64,000 nucleotides of DNA from Podarcis pityusensis (taxonomy: Eukaryota), in the NCBI GenBank assembly GCA_964106645.2, contig OZ067041.1. The stretch is one strand, 5' to 3'. Below the pieces are notes generated by a model. That model searched no databases. It was not told the DNA's origin and saw only the letters and a program-made list of their open reading frames with translations. Positions within the stretch are counted from its first letter, which is position 1; each line of letters begins with the position of its first letter. Of the stretch, positions 53,571-64,000 are shown piece by piece. A program made the position numbers and the translations under genes.

Positions 53571-53636
53571 GCTAGCAGAAATGGAGAACACCAATGGGAC
53601 ATACCTGAATGATAGCATTTCTCCTAATGAGAGCAT
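53571..53636 (+). CDS. DMD: Dystrophin exon 73 (LAEMENTNGTYLNDSISPNESI)
   Basis: ctgtag|GCTAG...AGCAT|gtaagt, 66 bp. Confidence 0.97.
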
Positions 53637-55722
53637 GTAAGTGTGCCATCTCTATGAAATTATGGAAAACTTTATATTGCATATGTGATTTCAGATCTGT
53701 CATAAGTTCTTAAAATTAAAATTTATAACAATGCTACACATTAGACAGTATTGCCAAACTAATGTCAAAAATCACATAAAGAATGCATATTTCAGTATTG
53801 TTTGTTTCAGGATTGCCACCATAAGCAACAACCCAATTGTTCTCACCAGACTTTGTCCTGGTTGAAGTCATGGGCTTGAGCAACATAGGCTTCTATCCAA
53901 CAGAGTTCTATTGTCACTAAGTGTGATAGGTAAAGAACTGCAAGTGAGAACCATTCTATTGCTTCCTCTGGAGAATAATGTGCATTACTCATGGTACAAT
54001 TGACCAATTCAGAGGATCACATGAATGCAGAAATTTCAACTCCTGAGGGCCTAACCTTTTGGGGCCCCAAATATTTTGGGTGTGCCTCCAGTGTTCTAAA
54101 AGGTCAGGGCCAAGCACGGAGCCAAGCGTGGCGAGATTTCCGTGGCCAACTCCTTTTCCTCCTCCTGCCCTGGAGGGGTAGGAGGGGAAAGCAGCCCCCA
54201 GCCAATGGCGGCAAGAGGAGGAGGACCTGCCGGCCATTGAAGCCATGTTGTCGCCATGTTCCTGCCTCCTCCACCATCCTGACACGATGTTGCCCTCCCC
54301 CATCTCCCTCACAAGTTGGCGCCTATGCATGAATGAGCTAATGGTTAAGCAATACATGTTCCCAGTTGGCTTTGCAGCACTTTTGCCTCTTTCTTATGTC
54401 CTCCTGCCTGCGGTATTCCCACAGATGTGTAAGCACAAAGACCAGGTGTAACTCTCCATGGATATAAGTGTTGTATTTCTGTCTTACTAGTTATTTTCTC
54501 CACAACTTAATCTTTATTGTGGTTTTATTTTAAAATAGCCAGTGTAAAATTTCATATAACCTAGTAATAAAAGGTGCACAAAATTACAACCTTGCATAAA
54601 ACTCTGCTAAACTAATTTTCACAACAAATGCAAAGCAAAAATAGAGGAGCTGGCTGTAATCCAAGACAATGCTTTAATGATATGGCATATAGTGGCTTAA
54701 CCTTGGTTACACATATGCAGTTTATTACGAAGGACACTAGGTTATTAGTTGCCAACACCTGCACAAAAACAACTGTTGCTTCCTTCTTGATTTCAAAATG
54801 CTTCACAGGTTGAATTTCTCTCTGCATGCATTTGTTAAAGTTGCAGGTGCCTTGTGTTAAAAAGGTACCAGTCATAAATGCCACCTTGCAGAGGTGTCTT
54901 CAGCAGTGATTCAGTAACAGCCATACACTTATGAGCCAGTTGAAAAGCCTTAGGGCAGTGGGACAAACGAAGGCATAAGGAAAACCTGGACATGACATTT
55001 CTAATTTCTGGATAGAATAGTATGCAGTTGGGGTGAAGAGGAACAGGAAAACAAAAACAAGTGAGGGAAAATTCACTTATACACAAGATCACATCATATT
55101 ACATTGTATTCAAAATGGAAGAATGAACTGCTCCTCTGGTGAGGTGCATGCCAGCTGCTCTGTATTTAGGCTATAGGAGACCCTGAATATCACTGGGAAG
55201 CTGGAGGCTCCAGAACATCCCTACCTAGACAATATTGTTGACCCAAGAGGTAGGAATCTTGACCTCCCAAACGGGGGTGCTAGGGGTCCTGGGAACTCAG
55301 TTTAGATAAGATTATCTTGACAGCAGCTGAAGATTTCATTCTACCTATTTGCTATTGCTCATACTCATCCATAACAAATTATCTACCTCTTTTCTCAGAC
55401 AGATGGCACCAAGCAACTGATTTGACCACTTTGCTGATATGCCACTTTCTCCCTTCTGCCTAAATTTTAGCAGAATGTACCTAATATGTAAAAAAATGGG
55501 GACTGAACTGTTCTGTTGTAATCAGTTTAATACACTGAATTCTGAGTTTCTGCCAGCAGCCGAGAGAAACTCTGTGCTACTCTTTGATACATACGTTATC
55601 ACAGCTCTCTGCCACTCTTGAGGACAAAATAAGCGAAGGGCAGTTTCCAGATGGAAATGTGGGTCTGGTCTCTTTGCTTTGCTTTCTCTTGTTCTTATCA
55701 TTTTCCTTTTTTGCATTCTTAG

Positions 55723-55881
55723 AGACGATGAACATTTGTTAATCCAGCACTACTGCCAAAGTTTGAACCAAGAATCCCCACTCAGTCAACCGCGAAGCCC
55801 TGCACAAATTCTAATTTCCTTGGAGAGTGAAGAAAGAGGTGAACTGGAGAGAATTCTAGCAGACCTGGAGGAAGAAAACAG
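55723..55881 (+). CDS. DMD: Dystrophin exon 74 ([10 protein letters not shown]...LEEENR; syntrophin-binding / coiled coil)
   Basis: cttag|AGACG...AACAG|gtcagt, 159 bp. Confidence 0.97.
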
Positions 55882-57182
55882 GTCAGTTTTGTTTTGGTAC
55901 TATTTCCACGCATCCACAGAATAAATTGTTCATGAGGTAACGTTTAAATCAACAAGCAGCAAATTGGAATGTAAGTTGCCTGGAAATTTGTCACATGCAG
56001 TTTTCTTCTTTATATTATGCGAGATAAAGTAGATGGTGTGTAAATCTATTTGTCATGCTTAATTTAAAATAAAGATCTAAACCTAAAATGTGAAACATTT
56101 AAATTTAAAAATTAGATGGCAAATAAACCTATTTGTCATGTTTAATGCAGCAATGATAGAACGTGACTTCTTGCTTCAGAAGGAATGTTTAAATCCTATA
56201 AAATATGTGATTTTGGCCTAAAATTGCTACAGAGTTGCATGTGCATTTGTTGCTGTCTTCAGTCACATTTGTTAGATATGGTGGATGAATTATGTGTATG
56301 TGCTCATGCAAAGCAGTTCTTTATCTTTCCCTGTACAATTGTGGACACCCCCCCCCCCCCACTTTAAAGGAAAATAATAGAGATACCTGAAATGGTGGAG
56401 CTTTGCTGTATGTAGCAGAGCTGTCCAAATCAAGATACACATTTTTCTTAGTGTCATGTCATCAGTGATGTTATCTGATCAAGCACCCTGACACTATATA
56501 CATAGCAGAAAAATTAGCAAATGTAGCGCTGAAGAGATGTCGTTATCCTCTGCAGCCCAAAGGGGCATTTTTAGTCTTCGGAATAAGAATTGCCCATGCA
56601 CAGCCTAACAATAAGCTTGTAATACATTCATTATATGTTGCCTTCAAATTGCACTGCTTTGTGAACTCAATCTATTATACCTGGTGCAAAAAAACTTACA
56701 GTATTTATTCATAGCCTAGAGCAATAGCTCCCCAATTTCACTTGAGCCTTCAGCCACTTTTGTGATACGATGAGTAAATGTTAATGATGAAATTACTGCC
56801 AAGAACTGCACAATTGTTGCCATCATTTAATGCAATAGTGCAATTTTAAAACAATACTTTATGGAAGCTGCTTTCATTTAAGCTATACAAAACTAAATAA
56901 TAATAATAAACTGCACATTGAATAATGAAAAAACATCAAAGGAAAAAAGGCATTTGTAAGTCTCTTTGAGTCATTTCCATGAATAAAGCAACTGAATCAT
57001 CATCAACGAGATCTGAGATATAGTACTTAGGTGGAAAAGTATAAGGCTGTTCTCCTGCTTACAAGGGATAGCAGAGAAAAAGATTTGGTACAGTACTCAT
57101 AAAACCACACTGGAAATGTTATAAAAGCAAGTCTTAAGAGTTCTAGAAATAAATAAAAAGTGAAATTATATATATATAATAT

Positions 57183-57187
<5 letters not shown>

Positions 57188-57229
<42 letters not shown>
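57188..57229. repeat. (TA)n microsatellite
   Basis: Direct inspection. Confidence 0.9.
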
Positions 57230-57230
<1 letters not shown>

Positions 57231-58007
57231 CCAAAGAAGTATTAATGTAAGCTGGGAGGGGGTAATATCCCCCTATTTATATACATCTCCATATGGGAAA
57301 TCAAGTGCAATTACAAAGAAGCAAAACAAAAGCCCAGCCCTGGCCATGGATTGAAATGATGGCTTAATACCTGTGGGCACCACAGTGCTCTCTCACATAC
57401 TCCTTGGTGCCCATCAAGGCTCCTACCATTTACTATTTTAAAATTGCAGCTTTATGATTTTTCTTTTGGTTGAGGGTGTTGCCTGCTCTTTTTCCTGTGT
57501 TTTATTGAGAGGTGGGGGTAGGTAGGTGAATTTCCTGGTTTGGTGGGGGAGAGAGAATTCTGAGTATTGTCAGTTTCCCTTCAGTGACATGGGTATTTTG
57601 TGGTGCCCATGACAGTTTTTAAGACTTCAAAATATGCCCCAAGACAGAGGCAGTTTTAGGGTAGCACGACCGGTTTGGCCACACTATGTGCCGTGCTGCA
57701 GGGGGCACCACAACAGTGCTGTAGATCACAGTGTGAGAGGTGGGAGGGTGCTGAGTTTTAGCATTGCACAGTACACCACTGATATTTGAGAGCCCAAAGT
57801 TGAACACTGCCCCAGATCCAAAATGGTTGGACAGCCCTGCCTACATTTTAGTGTGTTACACCTTGCTTAAGCATACAAGGCCCAGCAAAATGGTGTGGGG
57901 TAATTTTCTGAAATCAAATAACATTTTTTTAAAAAAGTACCCTTCTAGCTACAAAACTACTTCTATAAGCCAGGTTTGTACAATGTAACCTACTAGGCCC
58001 CTGTTTT

Positions 58008-58417
58008 TATTATTAAAGATTTCTTGTTTTACAGAAGTATGTGTAATGTCTCTCGTATTTTTTCCATGTAACATTTTTACAAATCCGTTTCATTTGTTGA
58101 GACATTAGGGGGAGAAAAAAAAGGGGTGGAGGGGGGGGAGATGGGTGGGGGTGGGCGGCGATGTTTCTATTATGCTTAATGTATGTAGGGTTTGGTGTCA
58201 GCGTTGCTTGTGCTGTTCACTTGTGTTTCTTTGGTGGTGAGAGAGGTTGGGGTTGGCCTAGGGTGTGGATGTTTGTTTGTGATTGGCTGTGGTGATCTTT
58301 GTTTTCATGTGTGAGTGCAGTGGGTGGGTGTTTTGGATCAGGTTAGCCATATTGATTTGTATGCTGTTGGTGGATTATTGTCATTGTCTTGATGGGCTGT
58401 GTATGTGATAAAGGGGA
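58008..58417 (-). mobile_element. 5'-truncated non-LTR retroelement 3' end, probably L1-clade
   Basis: 16-bp TSD with one mismatch (ACTAGGCCCCTGTTTT 57992-58007 / ACTAGGCTCCTGTTTT 58418-58433). The minus strand ends in an A-rich tail containing AATAAA and starts with a residual frame FPFITYTAHQDNDNNPPTAYKSIWLT*. Confidence 0.7.
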
Positions 58418-59565
58418 ACTAGGCTCCTGTTTTGATATCCCCTAACAGGTTGTGTAGGCCTGCTATAAATACTTGCAATCCTTGGCAATAAGTACAGTTG
58501 TTCATTTCCCATCATGAGTAATTACTTTCACAAGTAATTGTTGTATCACCACAGATGTTACTAACAGCTCATGAGTGGGATGTTTGCATTGCTCAGATTT
58601 CCAAGTTCCAGGTGTTACTGCAATTTCAGCTATGCAAGTTCATCCTTGCTTGTGGAATAGTTTTTATTCTTTTCTACTAGTCCTCTTAATAAGGTGTGGT
58701 AGTCTGGAGGCATCTCAGATTTATTATGCAGTGATATCACTTTGACTGCTAATAAAATCACCTAGCCCAGGTTGTAGTTTGGCAAGGTGGGTTTCAGGAT
58801 ATTGCTAGTTGCTGTGCACTTGCTCATTTTGAAAGGATTATACATTTATCTCCCTGCTCTCCCTTCTACATCTATATATTTTCAGAAGGGTTTGGGTTTT
58901 TTTAACACGCTAATTCTGACTGACATAAGCAATGCTCACTAGGTCTGTGTTTCTTTTTATCCGCTTAAGATTGCTCTCCAGAGCTTTGTGCAATATACTG
59001 AGAGAATTTATTTTTGTCTTCTAAGAGTCTGATACAGAAATATTCACCTAAGCAATGATTCTTTGGATGACATCTTTTTCCTTAACTAGCACTTGGAATA
59101 AGGAAGATATTCCTAGTTATATTGTTTGATAATTCCTTCCAGCACTGAATAAGTGACCAGTCCATACATAAACAAGTTTGACTTTAATGATTTCATCAGA
59201 CTGGAATCTAAACTTAAGAGTCCAATTTGTTGTAAACCATGTAGGCTTGGAATGCATAGGTTTTGAATAAATGCAAACGTCTTGTGCACTTATGAGAAAC
59301 AAAAGAACAGCCTTTTGAATTGAAAATTTAACCATGGCATTTTATAATAATGCAATATAACAACTTTTCAACAACCTAAGGCAGGAACTCTCATTCATCT
59401 CCAGTTCAAGAGTTGTATCAGCAAATTTGTTCTGAAGCCCTTAAAAGGGATTGGATCCCAAATCTGCAAGATTAGGCAATAATGTCTGGCATTCCAGCCA
59501 CAAAATGGAAAAGATGGTGCATTCATAAAGGTGCTAAAGTCTCACTTCTTCCCCATTTTCAATAG

Positions 59566-59809
59566 AAACCTTCAAGCAGAATATGATCGATTAAAGCAGC
59601 AACATGATAACAAAGGACTGTCTCCACTGCCATCCCCACCTGAGATGATGCCCATTTCCCCCCAGAGTCCGCGAGATGCTGAACTCATTGCAGAAGCCAA
59701 GCTGCTTCGTCAGCACAAAGGCCGCCTAGAAGCCAGGATGCAAATCCTGGAGGATCACAACAAACAGCTGGAATCACAGCTGCACAGGTTGAGGCAGCTG
59801 CTGGAACAG
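59566..59809 (+). CDS. DMD: Dystrophin exon 75 ([10 protein letters not shown]...LRQLLEQ; coiled coil)
   Basis: aatag|AAACC...AACAG|gtgagt, 244 bp. Confidence 0.97.
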
Positions 59810-60296
59810 GTGAGTTCTCAGTCTGTCCTAATCATGGCTTGAAACCTTAATATGGAAAAGCAAATGTATGACCACTTAACAAATATGGCTTGAACCTGGC
59901 AGCAGCTTCAAGCTGTCTGTACATAGGTTGGTCTCTTTATTTAGTAACTTTTGTTTACACTGAATGTATCACAAATATAAATACAAACATGATGGCATTA
60001 CTGCAGACTTTGGCTGCAATTCTGTTCTCTGTTACTTTGGGGAAAGTCTCATTAAACTCAGTGAGATTTACTTCTGAGTAAATCTGTACGGCAGAAGTGG
60101 ACAACCTGTGGCCCTTTGGCTGCATACAGTCCTAGGCCTAATTTCATTCAGGTGAGGTGAGTCAAGAGGGAGAGGTGGCAAGTGAGAAGGTGGGGAGCCC
60201 AAACAGATAGGGGTGATGAAAGGAGGAGATGAGTTCAGATCTCTGTCAAGAGTGGTTTGTCCCTCCCATGGCAGCCTACCGGGCAGAGGTAAAAAC

Positions 60297-60300
60297 AGAG

Positions 60301-60334
<34 letters not shown>
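60297..60334. repeat. (GA)n microsatellite
   Basis: Direct inspection. Confidence 0.9.
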
Positions 60335-60337
<3 letters not shown>

Positions 60338-60426
60338 GCCCTATCCCTGCTGTATAGGATTATAGTGTTCGTAATTAGCCGACCCACTATCTGTAGGATA
60401 ACTATTATATTACCTTCTGGTTTCAG

Positions 60427-60547
60427 CCTCAAGTGGATGCCAAGGTGAATGGTACAACTCAGTCTTCTCCTACCTCGTTACAGAGGTCAGATAGTAATCA
60501 GCCAATGCTTCTCCGTGTAGTTGGGAGTCAGACTTCAGAATCTATGG
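60427..60547 (+). CDS. DMD: Dystrophin exon 76 (PQVDAKVNGTTQSSPTSLQRSDSNQPMLLRVVGSQTSESM)
   Basis: tttcag|CCTCAA...TATGG|gtaaga, 121 bp. Confidence 0.95.
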
Positions 60548-60700
60548 GTAAGATAACACAACTAAGACTATTTTAAAATGAGGATTGTTTGCCATTTATA
60601 TTCAAATTTCATATTATATCAGTAGCTAACATGGATCCTTTTTCAGATAATCAGGATTTCATGCACAGTATATGGTTACATGTTAACTGTTTTAGAGCAT

Positions 60701-60812
60701 TCAGGGAACTTTTGGCTGTCCAAATGTTGGACTTCCATCAGCACTGTCAGCATTGAGGGATGATGGGAGTTGTAGTTCAGCTACATCTGTAAAGTCAGAT
60801 TCCCCATCTCTG
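60701..60812. mobile_element. Palindromic MITE-like repeat, diverged
   Basis: CAGGGAACTTTTGGCTGTCCAAATGTTGGACT...GATGATGGGAGTTGTAGTTCAGCTACATCTG. Confidence 0.55.
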
Positions 60813-63800
60813 TTGTAAGGGATCCCAATTTCTTTCTTAAATCTAGCATTCCTGTATGTGGGCATCACATTTTTCTTGGCACTCCAATGGCAACAAGTTG
60901 CTAGAAAGAACAGCCATCATGTCTTTCTTTTATTCCATTCCACATGGTGTGACTACACAAAGCTCGCAGCCCTGTTGATTCAGTCTGTGATTTGACCACC
61001 ACACTCTTGTCTGCCTTTTGTAGACTTCTTAAAACTCTATTTTATTACTCTGTGGAGTGTGCTTTGCTGAGTGTAAAAGAAAAATTCAAACACAGGAGTC
61101 TTCCTGTGGCCCTTAAATGGTGAATACAAGGAAGGCTACCCTGAGTTGCCACAGTAATGGCCAGGTGGGCATTCCTTAATGCACTCCACTCTCTGGCAAA
61201 GGGTCACACATCCCTCAACTTAAAAACAACAACAGTAACAAAGTACCACTACTTTTATCCCTCCACAAACTGAGACACCTCAAAACCAGGCTTCTACGTT
61301 TTCATTTGATAGAAATAGGCTATTGTGCTGCAAAAATTGGATTGGTATTAATGAAAGTATAACAAATGAAAAAAAATCCCACAAATGGCATTTTGGCTAT
61401 TTTCATAGTTGTTCACTTAATGTAGCTGACAGCAGTTAAGGTAAATAATTTGACACGAGGTACACAAACACAAGCTGAATTAATAAACAGGAGTTAAAAT
61501 ATTTGACCCTATTGTGGCAAGTAGGGCCATTGAGACTTGGATTGCTAGAAGATAATTCAATAAAAAATCCTCACTTATCTGCAGAACTTAACTACAAAAC
61601 CTGGTTCAGTGATTCCTTTTATTTTTCTGTTGCTTCAGCTATTGGATACTTTTGTTGTTGAGTTTCTCTGAGGTGCCCTGGTAATCTCACATTTGGACTG
61701 CTGCAGTACATTGTATGTGAGGCTGCATTGGACAATGGTCCAAAAACAAACATTTTATCTTCTTGTTGTGAACCGCCTTGAGAAATTTTATTGTATGTCA
61801 AGCCATAAACACATTACATAAATAATGTACACTGCCAGTGCTCAGACAAATGGAATTCAGCAAGATATTTCTGGCAAAGCTATTCCCATCTGGTGTCTCA
61901 TTTATAAGCATTTTTATTATGCATAATGGTTAGCCTTGGCTAAATAGTAATTCTGTTTAACATGATAGGTAATTAGATAGCTACTTTAGATGTTTGTATA
62001 AATATTATTATACCTGAGGATTTGAGAATGAACAGGGTGTTTCGCAGTAATTACAAGAAAATTACATTCATTTAGAATCATGTTTGTTCTATCTGTGAAG
62101 CTATTTAGCACTATCTTTCTAATAAAAGCCCAGTGACCCTTTATTATTCAGTATATTACAACACAAATATTCTGATTAGTCAGTCATGTTTAAGGTGCCA
62201 AAATATGCTGTATTGTGTATATTACAAAAGATATACATACTGGGGCAAAGGGCAAAAATCCCAGCACAAATGCACCTGGTGACTGCCATACCTGGCTTGC
62301 TACAGAGGTGAGCAGCAGTTTTAGTCTCCTATCTGGGTCATGGGAAATCTTGCTAGCTTCTTTATTACAGACAAAACACATACCCTTTTGTTATGGGTTA
62401 CTGAAACAGCCACATGTTTATTGCTTATTTTCAGGTATGAGAGAAAAACTCTTTGACTGTGACATCTATAGGGAGCTGTAATTTGTCCTGGATCCTTGTG
62501 AACTGTATATGCAAGCTACCACAAAACACATGGTTCAGACACATTCAATTCACTAATTTTGTAATATAAGGCTTTCTATAAGGGGAACACCATGTTGGTA
62601 GGGCTCTATCAATTAGTCTTAAGTGAAATAATGCTCTTATGTGCTGCTGTTGTCCAAGGAGTGATGCAGAATGAGGGTACAGGTAGATTTCAAGCAGTTT
62701 ATAAAGCTACAAAATCCTCTGAACAATAATTTGTTAACAGATTTGAAATTCAGATTTTATAATTGGGGGTAGACAGCTTGTAGGCCATGTAGTCTAATTC
62801 CCTACTCAGTGCAAGAAATCCAGAGCTAAAACACTGCCAACAAGATGGCTGTACAGCATCTTCTTGAAGACTCCATTATTGTTTCAATGTTTATATTTTA
62901 AGGTGTCTAGTTGAATTTTAATTTTAATAATTTTGTGAGTAGAGATGAGCATACTTCCCTATCTTGATTTAGAATTGGCCTGGGGTTTTTTTTGAGATTT
63001 TTCTGTGAAAAGTCTTTTGAAATTTGGTAGCTGTGTTCCTCTTTTCCCTTCCGCAGCCTTAGCTTGCAAGTGGAGGAGGATGGAAATTGGCAAGAGAGAA
63101 GGTTAGGAACAGGAGAGGTCTGTTTTTTATTTAAGTACCCACCAACAAAATAAAAACATCTGAGCATGCTCAAAAAGCCACATCACCACTTGGAACTCTG
63201 AAATAATTTGTCCTGACTCGGGCAAATAATCTTACAGATTTTGAGGTTCTCATTGCTATTTTGATGCTCTGAAACAATGGGAAATAAAATATGGTTCCTC
63301 TGCCAGCCCAGCTTCCCTGGTTCTCCTTCCCTAGTCAAGCTCTGGAAGGAAGAAGCAAAAGTGAAACTGACATAAGAGAGGTCTGGGTAGCACTAGATTT
63401 TGAGATGTTGGAACTTTAGAGACGACAAGTTTTGCTCAGTTCATAATCAGTATACCTTTTTACGGTCTAAGCCCATCTCTCAAATTCACTGCATGTAAGC
63501 TGCTTTGGCAATTTTGGTTAAATGCTGGAAACTAATCTAAAATTAAACTTGAAGCAGTAATAAGGGGAAGGCATTTGGTTCCCTCATAATAAATGAACAA
63601 CAGTAGCTGGGCTATAAATTACCACTCTGGAAAAACAATGAGCATCTGTGTTTCTGTAGGGATAAACAGATATATCCTGACACAGTACAGTTTCTTCTCA
63701 AAATCTGTACTAATGATCTTTAAGTCAAATTTGAAAAACAAAGAAATTATAAGCAAAAGATATTATGTCCCAGTCCCCTTTTGTTTCTGTACTGAAATAT

Positions 63801-64000
63801 TAGGAATTAGTTATTAATATGAGGTTTGCATCAGCATTTGGTATTCCTAAAAATGTTGAACACATCTTAATAGCTTCAAGTGGTTCCTTTCTTTTTGAGG
63901 ATATATCTGAGGAAATCCAAAAAAAGCAGACACTAGTTACCAATTTCTTATTAATATAAGCATTAGTCACTGCTTATTCATTTATTATGTTTACAGTGAT

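Noticed and set aside
60548-64000. Exon 77 (GEEDLLSPP...)
   Set aside because: No matching sequence seen. It presumably lies beyond the window.

Overview
Vertebrate genomic DNA from a squamate, probably a lacertid lizard judging by the Sauria-type SINEs, Squam3-like SINEs and BovB. The window holds the 3' part of dystrophin (DMD) on the + strand. It starts with the CpG-rich internal Dp71 promoter and its unique first exon (MREQLK-S, 967-986), followed by 14 exons equivalent to human exons 63-76. These encode the end of the WW domain, the EF-hands, the ZZ zinc finger, the syntrophin-binding region and the coiled coils. All introns are GT-AG, phases are consistent and the spliced frame is open. 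The gene continues past the window end (exons 77-79 absent). Introns carry SINEs, antisense LINE fragments (L2, BovB, L1-like), hAT and Tc1/mariner MITEs, a probable solo LTR and microsatellites. Most entries in the ORF track are spurious. I found no evidence of a wholly new biological system. The best leads are a conserved Dp40-type read-through stop with a MITE hairpin in its putative 3'UTR, MBNL and QKI/RBFOX motif clusters around exons 71-73, an L2 nested in a SINE, and a SINE-created cryptic acceptor. Comparisons with human DMD are from recall, not from an alignment run here.
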